From the NCBI GenBank assembly GCA_951406725.2, contig OX597828.1, forward strand, positions 21,452,001-21,516,000: a stretch of DNA of 64,000 nt, written 5' to 3'. The DNA comes from Octopus vulgaris (Eukaryota). The notes beneath the pieces are model-generated. The model saw only the letters and a list, made by a program, of their open reading frames with translations. It did not search any database and was not told the DNA's origin. Made by a program: the position numbers and the translations under genes. Positions 12,160 to 27,216 of the stretch are shown here, piece by piece (position 1 is the stretch's first letter; each line of letters opens with the position of its first letter).

Positions 12160-12761
12160 CACACACACGCACACACATATACACACACACACGCATATAA
12201 ATATATATACATATACACACACACATATATGATACCTACGAAGACCAACGAAAATTAGAACAAACACTAAGAACAACATCAATAATAAAACAAATGCAAC
12301 CAACGAAAACCAACACATAAAAAAAACATCCACAGAACAACAAAAAAATCCAAAAACAAACAAAAAATTTCCCTTATAAAGCAACTAAATATATACATAA
12401 GAACATTAATACAAACAAATGGCCAGAAAATAGCCAAAACACGAATATCTCCTGGGTTCAGATAAGGGTCCTTCTTTTTTCCTTCCCTGGTTGGCTGTAT
12501 TTACATCTAACTCTTCTGTTACTTTGCACGTAGATACGTAAAAAAAGGTCAGCTTGTTGATTGGTTAATTTTCAGTGAACGTGCTTAGCAATGGCGGTTT
12601 GGGACGGTTCTTCACTGTTGATCAAACCTGAAGTGTAGTTTTTCCGTCGTGTATGTCTGTGTGCATGCATACATATATGAATGTATATAAATGTATACAT
12701 ACGTCCATGCATACATACATGCATACCTACATACATACATACATACATATATATATATATG

Positions 12762-12817
<56 letters not shown>

Positions 12818-12908
12818 TTCTATCTATCTATCTATCTATCTGTCTGTCTATCCATGAATATATATATATATATATGTACATACACATACATACATATACA
12901 TATGTATG

Positions 12909-12950
<42 letters not shown>

Positions 12951-12984
12951 CATATACATACGTATACATATGTATGTATGTGTG

Positions 12985-13031
<47 letters not shown>

Positions 13032-13351
13032 CTATGTATGTATACATTTATCTATCTATCTATCTAAATTATATAGACGCACACGGGCTCACGTTCTTAG
13101 TTATATATGTATATACACATGTATACACACATGTAGTCTATATGTATCTATGAAAGTATCTATGTGTGTATTTGTATATTGTACGTCAGTAAGTGTGTAT
13201 GTATGTGCACATATATTTACTACATGTATAATATTACATATATACGCATTCACATAATTACATCTATACGTACATATATACCCGCAGTTCTGTTTATTCT
13301 CGTGCGACTCTGTTAAGAGAAAAATATTAAATGTCATAAAAACTACTACTG

Positions 13352-13406
<55 letters not shown>

Positions 13407-14633
13407 AACCACCACCACCACCACCACCACCACCACCATCACCACCACAACCACCACCACCACTGAACTCTAATATCTACACGTGCTGTAAATCTAGTTA
13501 CATCGATGGCAAAAACTTAGTCTTTCTTCAAATCTAAAGATATGGTTACCTTTCTGTGTGAATGGCTTTAGAGCATCCAGTTAGAACTCGGCGAAGAGTG
13601 AGGTGGGCACAGGAGGGTCTCGTATATTAATGATGTTGGTGGTGGTGGTGGTGGTAATGACGATGCTGATGATTATGATGATGCTGATGACGATAGTGAA
13701 GACAACGAGGACGATGATGATCGTGAATCGTGATGGTGATGGTTTATGGTAAGGGTGATGGTCATGAAGACGATGATGGTGGTGGTGGTGGTGATGATCA
13801 TGATACCGTTGCTACTGATGAAGATGATAACGATGATGATGATGATGACGATGACGACGAAGGCTATGATGTTGATGATGACGAGGATAATGATAATCCT
13901 AACGATAATGAATGATAATGATGATGATGATCGTGGTGGTGGTGATAATGATGATGATAATGATGATGATAACCCTAATCCTAACCCTAATTTTGTTGCA
14001 AACCAAATAACCAGGTAGCCAAGCCATCAAACTTTTGTCTCCTTGCTTCAATAGTATGACCAGTCTCCATGGAGAAATCCACTGATTGCAATTTATTAAG
14101 ATAGCCCCTGGCTAGAGTGTCTACCTCTTTCCTATCACTTTAAATCCACTGACTTAGCTGTTACCCTTTCACCCAGAGCACACTTCATCGATATAGTCAT
14201 ACCTGCCTTCATAATTTTTTTTTGTAGTAGTTTTACTACACCTGCTTAGAATGTGGTTTATACTTTCGTCCACTTTTCTATACATTCTGCGTTTGCTGTC
14301 TGAGTTTATTAATCTTCATCTTTATAAACTTCGTTTTCGTATCTTGTACTTGTGCTGCTACAATTAGCAATTCAGTGTCTCATTTCAGGTCTCCATCTCT
14401 CGGCCACAAACAATTTTCTTCATTTCAAATACATGAATCGGCTATATTCTTCCTTCGCTATCCAGCTATATGTCTTGTCTTGTTTTTCTTTCTATTCCTG
14501 AAAAATCTCATTGATTCAGTATGTATAAAATACTCCCGCCTTTTTCTTCCTCTCACTGTTCTTATGCAAATCCTTCCCAACACAATACATAATTTTTCCA
14601 TCGGATACCATTGTGGTAAATAAAAGAAATTAT

Positions 14634-14656
14634 CAACGTCATTATTATTATTATTA

Positions 14657-14720
<64 letters not shown>

Positions 14721-14722
14721 CC

Positions 14723-14780
<58 letters not shown>

Positions 14781-14955
14781 CATTATTATTATCATTATTA
14801 TTATCATCATTATTATTATCATAATAAAAGAAATCAACATTATTATTATTATTATTATTATTATGATGATGATGATGATGATATCATCATCATCATCATT
14901 ATCATCAACGTCGTCGTCGTCGCCATCATCATCATCATCGTCTTCGTCGTCGTCG

Positions 14956-15008
<53 letters not shown>

Positions 15009-15278
15009 TCTTAAGTACTTCCTTCCCTTCATCTACTTGTTAGTTTGGTGTAGTGGTTATGAGAACCTGAACCTGTTCACCAATTGTTGGAATGCACTTT
15101 TCCTAAGACACATACATCAGCCTTATAACTTACCATTTTAAAGAACGAAATACCAAGGAAGAAAGATTTCCTCATCCTCATTTACAACAGCAATCAGATG
15201 CCATCAAGCCAAACCCTGATCAACAGAGAAAGCCGTCGTCAACAAATCTGATTTTAACCATCACCGGTTGTTGTCGTA

Positions 15279-15318
<40 letters not shown>

Positions 15319-15570
15319 TTGTTGTTCTTCTTCTTCTTCTTCTTCTTCTTCTTCTTCTTCTTCTTCTTCTTCTTCTTCTTCTTCTTCTTCTTCTTCTTCT
15401 TCTTCTTCTTCTTCTTCTTTTTCTTCTACTTCTCCTTCCTCTTCTGCTTCTTCTACTTATTCTTTTTCTTCTATTTTTTTTTCTTCTTCTACTTCTTCCT
15501 TTTCTTCTTCTTCGTCGTCGTCGTCTTCTTCTTCTTCTTCTTCTTCTTCTTCTTCTTCTTCTTCTTCTCC
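14634..15570. repeat. (ATT)n, (CAT)n, (GTT)n and (CTT)n microsatellite cluster
   Basis: Directly visible. Confidence 0.95.
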
Positions 15571-15735
15571 ACTTCTTCCTTCCCCTCCACGCATCCGCCT
15601 TCCTCTTCATCTTTACCCCCTACATTACCTCCACCCATCTCCGCCATTTTCTGATTTTGGCCCACAGACAACAACAATTGTGTTTTGTTTTCGTAAAGCA
15701 GACCGCGAAATTGCTTGTTATTTTACACACACACA

Positions 15736-15812
<77 letters not shown>

Positions 15813-16617
15813 CTTATATATGCATCCATTCATCCATTCATACACTTACGCATACTAATGTACATACTCACAAACGCACACACATATATCATATACAAAC
15901 AGACAACACGCATACACAACCTTCCTATATATATAGATACACATACGTACACATACATACCCCCACACACAACACACATATACTCCTCTCTATGTGTACA
16001 TATATATAACACATATAAACACATACACACAAACGCACACACATTGCACACATGCAAAATCTCTCTCTATACACACACATTTATATCCATCACACACACA
16101 CACACACACACACATGCACACATATACACGCACACATATATATGTGTGTATGCCCTGGACACCCCCACCAGCTATTTCGCTATTTGAAACCCAAATCTAA
16201 ATAACATATATTTACACTTTTCACTTCTACAATCGATTCAATAGAAACACACGGATCAATTAAAGAGCATGATTGATTTTTCGTTGGAATCTTGTTTATT
16301 TTTTTGGGGTTGTGCATATATGTGTGGGACTTTATGTAAATTTGCATGCGTGCTTATATGTAAAGTTGCATATACATACGTCATACATACATATATACAT
16401 ACGTACATAAATACGTACGTACATACATACACACACATACATACACACATACGTACATACATACATGCATACATACTTACATACATACACACATACATAC
16501 ACATGAATGTACGTACGTACAAAATACATATGTACGTACATACATGCATACATACATACGCACACCCCTAAATACATCCATCTATACATAGGTGCATACG
16601 TACATACATGTATGCAT

Positions 16618-16660
<43 letters not shown>

Positions 16661-16739
16661 CATTTAGAAACATACGAATATTTTTATATATACATACATA
16701 TATATGTACATGGTGAAATATATATATACACATGTGCTG

Positions 16740-17086
16740 ATGTGCTGAAACCCTCTTCGGTCATAACTGACTATGGGATTGCACCTAGAAAGTTACCCTC
16801 CTAGGCACAAGTCCGAGGCAAGGTTGTTTATTGAAGACCAACAGTCGACTATGCATACCGGCCTCCCCTCTTAATTGCCACTGATGTAATCCAAGGGAAA
16901 GGCAAAGGGGGCCGATACAGCTTGGCACCTGTGACATCGCAACTCATTTCTACAGCTGAGTGAACTGGAGCAACGTGAAATAAAGTGCCTTGCTCAAGAA
17001 CACAACACGCAGCCCGGTCAGGGATTCGAAATCACAACCTCACAAACGTAAGCTCGACGCTCTAACCACTGAGCCCTGTGGCATCA
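16740..17086 (-). mobile_element. SINE family D (tRNA head plus CORE-like gtgttcttgagcaaggcacttt)
   Basis: Minus strand: ggctcagtggttagagcg..ttcgaatcc..gtgttgtgttcttgagcaaggcactttatttcacgttgctccagttcactcagctg. Partial relatives at about 40360-40510, 42610-42730, 48086-48190, 48648-48749 and 48900-49020. Confidence 0.75.
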
Positions 17087-17107
17087 CACACATACACACA
17101 CACACAC

Positions 17108-17170
<63 letters not shown>

Positions 17171-17818
17171 GCTAATGATATGTAGGTGAGAAAGTTACTT
17201 ACATATGCAAAACATACGCGCATATGTGATCAACCTCAACGCATAAGTGATCAATTTTACGTGCTTTTCTCGGTGTGTGTGTATTGGTGTATTTGTGTTT
17301 GTATGGGTGTGTGGTAGTCTTTGCGTGTGCTTCTATGTGTATGCGTGTGTGTATTATTATCATTATCCTTTATGCTATTTTTTTAAAGGAGTTTTTTTAT
17401 TTTTACATTTTAGTCAACAGTGGACACTAACTGAAGGTATTCACAAAAGGCGATGAATACACATGCACACACACATGCATACATACATACATACATACAT
17501 ACATACATACATACATACATACATACATACATACATACATACATACATACATACATACATACATACACACATACATACATACATATATACATATATACAT
17601 ACATGCATACATATATACATACATATAATTATGTACGCTCAGCGTCTTTGCTTACACACATACGCACATACACGCACTAACACACACACACAGATATGTA
17701 TGTATGTGTAAGTGTATATGCACAAATATATATATATACACATATATAAACACATGCATACATAGTTATTGAGAATTGCACTCATATACCTGCATATATA
17801 TATATATGTATATATATG

Positions 17819-17854
<36 letters not shown>

Positions 17855-17960
17855 TACATACATACATATATACATAGATATATAAATATATACATACATA
17901 TATATATATATATACATAAACTTATAAATATAAACATACATAAATAAATTATATATATGA

Positions 17961-18011
<51 letters not shown>

Positions 18012-18373
18012 GTATATATATATACATATATATGTAGGTATGTATATATATATGTATATATATGTATATATATATACATATATATGTAGGTATGTATATA
18101 TATATGTACGTATTTATGTATGTATATAAAGACACAGAATTATACACACACAACGCACACATAAAATTAAAGAGAGGGGGAGAAAGTTATATATGTATTG
18201 ATGTGCATTGATTTGAATGTGTATGTAATATACATACATACATGCATACATACATACATATACATAAATACGTACATACACACACATATCCCCCCATATA
18301 TATATAAATATATATATATATTTATATATATATATATATATATATATAAATATATATGTATATATATATATAC

Positions 18374-18434
<61 letters not shown>

Positions 18435-19009
18435 TAGTGATTCCTGGACACACACGCGCGTATATAAAAACAGATAGGAGAGAGTGAAGGCGAAGGAGAA
18501 AGAGGAAGAATTCTAGCGAGGAAGAAAACAAGAATCAGGTAGAATGAGAACATAATGTTAAGTCTGTAAGTTGTCGAGTTCTTATGAATATTTAAATTAT
18601 TTCTTTAGCGATTTTTCTGTCCAACTTGGCAGTTTATCGACTTGAAGTAAAATGGTGTGCAATGAAAACAACAACAAATCGACAACAATAGTAAACGAAA
18701 TAAAAGAAAGAATCATGATAAAGAAAAACGACTAAGTGAAATGGAAAGTGGAATCGAAACTAAGAACGTGAATTTAGAGGCTTCATGGGGGAATATTTAG
18801 TCTCTGTGACTAAACTCTCATCATCCATTTTTTTCACCTTTGCCCGGGACGAGAATTGAGCATGGCAAAGAATCCTTCATTCCCGATACTTAATCCTGTC
18901 TGTTTGGTATATCTGGGGTAACCGATCTTTGTATCATTCGGCTTACCAAAGGCCTGTTCGATTAGGGCCGAGTTAGAGCCTCGCAACAACAACAGTAACA
19001 ACAAGAACA

Positions 19010-19580
19010 CCACTCTGTGTGTATTTGGAATAAGATGTGAATCCACATTCCTCAGAACACCAGAATTTTGCTGAAAAATGTTAAAACCCCGTAGCATTTT
19101 GTAAACAAGACAGGGAAAGTTTAACCTCAGTTTATTGCAGAACTACACGAGAAGATAAGGTATATTACCTGTACTTTACTAAAGGGATCTTTCCGTTTTC
19201 TATCCAAACAAATAGTGTTGACAACCCTGTCAGGCATTTTAAGCAGAATCATCAGAAGAAGATTGAGGGCGTATAACACTAAACGTGTCATTTTTGAAAC
19301 AGAGAGCCTCATAAAGTACAAGCTCGAATTGTACAAAACAAACCTGCGAATTAGCTGTTTCCTCTGTATACGAGAAAGAAGGACAGAGGGGTCACTGAAA
19401 GGAACGTCAGTTAGGATATCAATACAGTATTGTCATGTGTTCAATCTGGATAAAATTTCGGTGCCTTGCGGACAGTGGGAACATTATATACGTACAAGTT
19501 CACATAACCCTCACACGACAACAAAACGATACCAAAACGTTGTCCTTCGAAGGTGCTGAGAGAAAAAGAACCCCTTAAAA
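19010..19580 (+). mobile_element. Possible decayed Penelope-like element ORF fragment (GIY-YIG region)
   Basis: ORF 19215-19559 ends in DKISVPCGQWEHYIRTSSHNPHTTTKRY. This resembles the YKIxCxCGxxYIGxTxxxLxxRxxxH pattern of PLE endonucleases, but several key residues are changed. Confidence 0.4.
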
Positions 19581-20071
19581 TTCAGCAAGCAAGACAGGTG
19601 ACTTATCTTAGTTATTGCATATCTTTCGCCTCCTAGTTGTTTCTGTCACTGAACTGTAGCCATGCTGGAGCACCACCTTGACAGATTTCTCTCAAACAGA
19701 TCGATCCCAGAACTTATTTTTAAATCTGGGACCGAGTAAGTATGACCTCATTTGCAGGGTCGCCTTATCCACTTACAAGATGACGGTCGATGGAGATAAG
19801 TCAACCTCCTAAAAACATAAAGCGGACAAGAAAAAGCAACTGAAAAATGAAAAAAAAAAAACGCCCTAAAATGCAAGGTAAGTTGCACCTTCAAGGGAGA
19901 AGACTCATTCCTCTGGAGTTTGCCAGTCCTAATGTGACTCGAAGCACAACTCTCTCGAGTAGTCCAAAGGATTTGATTGTTCTCATTGCCAGGAGCCTAG
20001 ATTCATATACCTTTTTCCTTAGCTCACCTGACGAAAAGAATGAAGCAACAACCACAGAAGCAGGAACTAAT

Positions 20072-20374
20072 GTACCCCCTCACAGAAGTACTGCAGAAAG
20101 TACCCCCTTACAGACGTACCACAGAAAGTACCCCCTCATAGAAGTAGCGCAGAAAGTACCCCCTCACAGAAGTACTGCAGAAAGTACCCCCTTACAGACG
20201 TACCGCAGAAAGTATCCCCCACAGAAGTACAGCAGAAAGTACCCCCTCACAGAAATACTGCAAAAAGTATCCCCTCACAGAAGTACCGCAGAAAGTACTG
20301 CACCCCCAGAAGTAACGCAGAAAGTACTCCCTCACAGAAGTACCACAGAAAATACTCCCTCACAGATGTACTGC
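20072..20374. repeat. 28-bp minisatellite, about 11 units
   Basis: Unit gtaccccctcacagaagtactgcagaaa, repeated with variants. Confidence 0.9.
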
Positions 20375-21301
20375 ATCATCAGCCGATGTAAACAAGATTC
20401 AGATAGTAACTAGAGATAGTAACTAGGGGATTGGCAGGTATTTCGAAAAAATTAACGGAAATTCTAAGAAAACAGCAAAGAAATTCAATAACATTTTATA
20501 AGCACATTTTGGCCTGACTTGGTTGCTTAACAAAATCCTGTCGGATTTCAACAAAATGGCCAGAAAACGGAAATAATAACAAAGGGAATAAAGTCGTTGT
20601 TTGCTTGTATTTTGGGATTATCGTGATCGCGATATATTTTCTTGTTAATTAAATAAACTTTATTTGCTCATAATATTTATTTAATTTAATTACGTTTCAC
20701 TTCTAATATTTACTTAATATTCGTAGGCAAACTGTTTAGATAGAGTTGCGCCGTATCAGTGCAAACTAATTAAGAGCACATTAATTAGATTATATTTGTC
20801 AAGCACGATGGAAGAAAAATATGAAAATTGATAGAAGTGCATGTGGAAATATTGGATACAAATATTTTAAGTAAATAATTGTGGTTCATAGTTTAGATTA
20901 GATAAGGTAAATAATTTAAATTGACATTGTCGTACGGATGTGTATGTGTGTGTCTGTGCGTGTGCATATGTACGCGTGTGTGTGCATGTGTGTGTATGTG
21001 TGTGTATAAATACATACATACATGCATATATACAAGCACAAATACAAGTGAATATCTTTTTCAAAATCAAAGGAGATAACAATGGACAATCCGCATTACA
21101 AATTTACATTCATGTTAAATATAACTGGTACACTTGGATCAGTGAGTAAATGCTTTATTGACAGTTTGGGTGAGCGTGGATTTTCAGAAAAAGAAATCAA
21201 CCGGCTCGCTCATTGGAATACAGATATGGAAAATACTTTTATTTTCCGATATTGTGTTATCTTTTCCATTCATGCAAACTTTAAAATTTAACTCAGACAT
21301 C

Positions 21302-21361
<60 letters not shown>

Positions 21362-21624
21362 ATATATATGTGTGTGTGTGTGTGTGTGTATAATCATATA
21401 TACATGCAGTCATATATATATGTATAACCCGAAGAGAAGTAGGCATCTGAGTAAACCTTTACCCCTACCCTCTGCCTAACCCACACCCCACCATTGCTTT
21501 CCTCACTCTCGCCTCCCCCATATCCCAACACCATCATCCATATGCCTACACATTCACACACGCACACACGCATACATGCTCTCTTATACTCATGCACATA
21601 CATGCTCTCATACACAGGCACGGG

Positions 21625-21879
21625 CACCTTCGTTTTGGGATCACCGCTACTTTATTATCTCCCCACCTTCCTAGCTCTCGTATGTGACCCCTCAGTTCGG
21701 CATTCGCCATGGTAGATCGCTAGCCACTACACATTCTTTTTTTCTGTCCTTGTTTCTTTCTGTGGAAGAGCGTAGGCTCGAAACGTTAACGACATTTTCA
21801 CTTCCCGAGCGTTAAACTAATACATCTGTTTGCTGTCCACACTACCTGTTTTCGTCTTTCGCTTTTTAAAAAATTATCC

Positions 21880-21882
<3 letters not shown>
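21625..21882 (+). mobile_element. Penelope-type terminal repeat fragment with a minimal hammerhead motif (21756-21792)
   Basis: CTGTGGA A GAGC gtag GCTC GAAA CG TT. Same family as 27703-27797 and 54812-54939. Ends in (TA)n. Confidence 0.6.
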
Positions 21883-21955
<73 letters not shown>

Positions 21956-23073
21956 GTGTATATGTATCTATGTTTTGCTATATGTTGTAAATATAAAAGT
22001 TTTACCACCGATTACCCTCTGAGTCACTTAGCATTCTTAATGCTTAAATATATTGGTTAGATCGGAAACTAAAGTACCAGTAAAGCAATAAAATATGGTG
22101 GTCATCTCTGATTTACAACCTTCTCTCCCCCTCTCTTTCTCAGAAATGGTTACACAGAATGAACCAAAGAACGGACTTTCACATAACTACTTCACTAATA
22201 CTTTCACCCTCAACCTGTGAACTCACTAGCTAATAAAAATTCGTACACGCACACACACGTACACACACATTCGCACCCCTTTCACATACTCGCAATATAT
22301 TATGGGGAAAATGGCGATTGATAGTTGAAACACAAAAGCGCCTGATATTTATTTTCGTTCCTTTTATTTTACGATCGAATTCAAATCCCGCCGGAACACA
22401 AATCGCCTTCCGTCTTTTCCAGAGGCGGGCGTCGATAGAGTTAAACTACCAGTTAATCGATTACCTCATCACACTTCCGTCCCACTATAAAACCTATGTG
22501 GCCCACAGCCAAAGCTAGAAATCAATATCGCGAACGAAAACAAAGATCCTCCCCACCACTTGAAAAAAGTATTAGTAAAATACACAATGAACAAAATAAA
22601 AATGAAAACAATAAAGATTTTTTTAAAAAGCGTAAAAGAAAAGGCAAGAAAATGTAAACAAAGAGAAGGATAGGAAAGATAAGTATAATAGATCGAGTTC
22701 TAATTGTGCTGGCCAATAACAGCGTTTCTAAGATAAAAAAACAAAACAGGTTTGGTCTTCGAATATTTAAGCAGAAAGTAGCATTTGATTAGAAGGAGGG
22801 GGCAAGTATACAGACGACAAACAAGTAGAACGAAATTTGTAATAACAACAACAAAAGCAACAAAAACAACAATGGCAGCAGCAGCAACAATAACGGCATC
22901 AACAACAGGAACAACAATAATGGTTGGAACAATAACAGTAACAGCAACTATTGCGATGATTTTAATACGAAAACAACACGGAAAGGATAATACACACGTA
23001 TACTAGGACACGCAGACAAACATCATATATGTGAGTGCGTGCGTGTGTGTGTGCGTATGGTTGTGTGTGTATG

Positions 23074-23122
<49 letters not shown>

Positions 23123-23350
23123 GTATATATACACACACACACATATATATACATATGCATAAAACTAACTGGGGGAAAACAAACACACATACATATATAC
23201 ATACGTACATACATACACACATACACGCACACGCACACACAGACACATGTATATGTTCTAAACAGCGTGGCTGGGCACTCCTAAATAAATATTTTATGTA
23301 TGATTATATACACACATTCACACAGCCATATATGTAGATATGTATGTATG

Positions 23351-23385
<35 letters not shown>

Positions 23386-23498
23386 GCACACATATATATG
23401 GATATTATATATTTATGTGTGTATGTATATATATATATATATATATATGTTATACATACATATATATATATGTATATATATGTATATCATATATTTAG

Positions 23499-23621
<123 letters not shown>

Positions 23622-24195
23622 ACATTAATATACACAAGCATATATGCAAACACGACAACACAAATAATTGTTTTCCTTGTTTCCGGAGAGTAATGATGAT
23701 GCTATACTAATGCTAAAAGGTGGCGGCATTGGTGATGTGGTAAGGGTTACGGTTCTTGATTGGTTGTTTGTTTGTCAGCTGACCAAATATTTGATAAACG
23801 ATTTCGCTGTGACGAACTTGATGATGGAGTAGAAACGAGTCTTTGTAACTGGGGCTTATGCAATCTGCCTGATGTAATTGAGTGTTTGTTGGGGAGAAGA
23901 AGAACGTGTGTATGTATGTGTTGTGTGTGGGGTGGACGTGGAGTGGTTGGGGGTGATGGGTGGTAAGTGGTAAGTGGTGGTTGGCTGCTCCAGTCTACCA
24001 TCGTACATCTCGATCGTTATCCTTGCTTCTTTCTTTGTTTCTTTGTTTGTTTGTTTCTTTCTTTCTTTCTGTCTTTCTGTCTTTCTTTCTTTCTTTTTTT
24101 CTGCTTTACTTTTCTTTTCTTTCTTTCTCTCTTAGCGTTTTTCTTATTCTTTCTATTTTGTTGGTGCTGAAAAACGTACCATACTCACCTCATCC

Positions 24196-24390
<195 letters not shown>

Positions 24391-24489
24391 TAAGGGAGAT
24401 ACTCAGTAAACAATTTAAAATTATCTTCACTCCCCACCTCCGACGCAAGCAGCTAAAAAGTCCGGCTGAATTCTTTGATACTGCAGCTC

Positions 24490-25272
24490 TAAAACAGGAG
24501 GCACCAGCCATCGATTACATCAACATTGAAGAAATAGATTTAATAGCGGCCATAAATGAAATGAGCTTATGCTCCGCCACTAGTCTTGATGGCTTCCCAG
24601 CTATTCTCTAAAGTCATCTAAGCAGGTTTTAGCGAAACCATTTCCAAAGTTCCCTTGTAAATGGTAAACGTCCCAAAAAGCTGAAAGAAGGCATTATATG
24701 CCCTACCCACAAAGGTGCAAATGGAGCAGAGGCCAGTCGGAAACTCGATAAGGTTCCAAGACTTACTGAACAATACTCAGCATGGCTTCCGTCCAGGAAG
24801 AAGCTGCCTCACACAACACCTACAACACTATGACTGAGTATTAAAACAGGTGTTTCACTATTCAGATGTCTGCGTGATATACCTTGACTTTGCAAAGGCA
24901 TTTGATTAGGCAGATCATGGCATGATATATCATAAGCTACGAGACATTACTGGTAAACTGGGAGAATGCCTGCATGGCTTCCTTAAAGACAGAAATCAGG
25001 TAATTGCAGCCTTCTGAGGAAACCCAAATCCTAAGTGGCCTCTCTCAGGGAACTGCTCAGGGAACTGTTCATAATAGCTCTCCCAGACATGCCCATGGTC
25101 ACTCAGACAGCCACTATCACTACCTATGCAGATGATGATACAAAATTATGACAAGCAATCAAAACCAAGATGACGTCGCAAGCTTACATCGGGGCCTGAA
25201 TCTGATATACAAGTGGACTGAAATAGACAACATGCAGTTTTAAAGCAGGAAAATTTCAAGCAATACACTATC
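24490..25272 (+). mobile_element. Decayed CR1-group LINE reverse transcriptase fragment
   Basis: Manual translation gives SATSLDGFPAIL, QHGFRPGRSCLTQ, VIYLDFAKAFD, SQGT and TYADD, with stops and deletions. Confidence 0.85.
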
Positions 25273-25274
25273 AA

Positions 25275-25686
25275 CTCAGGAATGCACTCAGACAAGTTCT
25301 GCTCTTTGTGGATCTTAAAATGTCTTTTGCGGCTTCTGTCGGATTTGCAAAGCTTTCGGCATTCAAAGGTGTGCGCAGGCATATAGGCAGAATAGGTGGT
25401 GGAGGTTCGTTTTCCATGCGATCGCAGACAAGATTTGAGGCCAGCAAAAGACAGGCATGGTCCGTCACAAACTTTGCACACAAAAAGGTCGTTGTCATTC
25501 ACTTTCTCGATCATTACATTCTTCATTAGATTTCTTTTGAGTCTTACTTGCTTTATCCTGACCTCTTCAAATACTTTCACTACACTCCACACCTTTGTTC
25601 GCCATCCAACTCGATCCGAAGCAAGGGTTTCTATATCTTCTGGAACCATTCCAAGTGACCTCATAGTAGTTCTTATGCCGTCTTTA
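25275..25686 (-). mobile_element. RTE-clade LINE 3' end fragment
   Basis: ORF 25146-25664: ETLASDRVGWR..FEEVR..FVCKVCDGPCLSFAGLKSCLRSH (RTE C-terminal zinc-finger-like motif), followed by a second degenerate finger. Confidence 0.75.
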
Positions 25687-26069
25687 ATATATATATATAT
25701 ATTGTCTTGATTATGACTCTAAGCTGCCGGTTATTAAAACCCTCGTTCGGGAGTTCGAGGGTTTTGAGGAATGTGGGACCACATCTTAACCACTGCTTGT
25801 TTCCAGCTCTATTCTGACACCTGAGTAGCAGCATCCGTCACGGTTCCAGTTATGGATTAATTAGAAAGTCAATCGGGAAGATGGAACTCGTGAACGTGTG
25901 TTTTGAGGGAGGGAAAACCTATTTAGGGGAAGGGAAAATCCTGCTTCCAAACCCTCACACCCGCTGCCTTGCGTACAAAGCTAAATACCGGATGTCAATA
26001 TATATCCGACACTATAACCATTTAGCCAATCCACAACGTTTAATATCTTTTAGTTTGTTTGATTGTTGC

Positions 26070-26100
<31 letters not shown>

Positions 26101-26434
26101 GCTAGAGTCAATGTTGCTGTCATTGTTCTCATTATGATTGTCATTGTTAATGTTATTGTTGCTGTTGTTGCTATTTCTGTTACCATCATCATCATCATCA
26201 TCATCATCATTTTCATCATCATCATCATCATCGTAGTCGTCGTCGTCGTCCCCGTCGTCACCGTTGTTGTTGTTGTTGCTGCTGCCACCGCCATTGTTGT
26301 TATTTCTGTCTTCGTTATTGTTATTGATATCACTCGAGTCGATTAACCAATCTTCGTTCTTCGGTTGCCAAGACCTGTGGAGATGGTAAGAACGGGGGAG
26401 AGATAGAGGGTGAGGGCAGAAAGACGACAACGAC

Positions 26435-26465
<31 letters not shown>

Positions 26466-26824
26466 AAGAAGAAGAAGAAGAAGAAGAAGAAGAAGAAGAA
26501 GAATGAGCGTCCGATGCTCACCTTTTCCGTCCGCCCGATCCCCTCGGCATTAATCGAAACTAATTTATCTCTCTTACCCTTTCGATTGTTGCTTTACCAT
26601 TATTCTTCGGTTGGGAATTGGATAACGAAATGACAGCATGGCTATGTGATTAAGGAACTCGCTTAGCAAATATGTTCTTTCCGCTTCAGTTTCAATCTGC
26701 GGCACATTGGGGCAAGTGTCACCCGACTGACCAACGCCTTGTGAGTCAATTTAGTAGACGGAAACTATATGTATATAGTAATATAATAAATAAAATATAT
26801 GCATATATACATACATATATGTAC

Positions 26825-27078
26825 ATACTTACATCTACATGCATATATACATGCATGCATGCATATATATATATATATAAGTACTGGACACCACAAATAA
26901 ACGTAGAACACAACGAGAGACGAGAACATAAAATCAAACAAGGAAACGGACTTTTTTTAAACAACGTTTCCTTCTTTGATTTTATGTTCTCATCTCTCGT
27001 TGTGTTCTACGTTTACTTGTGGTGTCCTGTACTCATATATATATGTATGCATGTATATATACATGTAGATGTAAGTAT
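26825..27078. repeat. Fold-back (inverted repeat), about 120-bp arms, 16-nt spacer
   Basis: 26825-26948 versus 26965-27078, e.g. aaacgtagaacacaacgagaga / tctctcgttgtgttctacgttt. Confidence 0.9.
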
Positions 27079-27216
27079 ATCATATTATATTATATTATAT
27101 TATACTATATTATATTATATTATATTGTATTATATTATATTATATTATGTTATATATATATGGCCACATCTCTGAGCTGAAACTAGAGAAAACATATATA
27201 TGAATGTATATATATA

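Noticed and set aside
11480-12650. Possible Penelope RT remnants in two unique islands (YFQNRYY..FWRDFDV; TFTEN..NKLTF)
   Set aside because: Similarity is faint and the two pieces are in the wrong order for a single element.
14040-14620. Possible decayed LINE fragment
   Set aside because: No convincing motif recovered by manual translation.
20072-20374. CRISPR-like array
   Set aside because: Contiguous tandem units without unique spacers; eukaryotic context.
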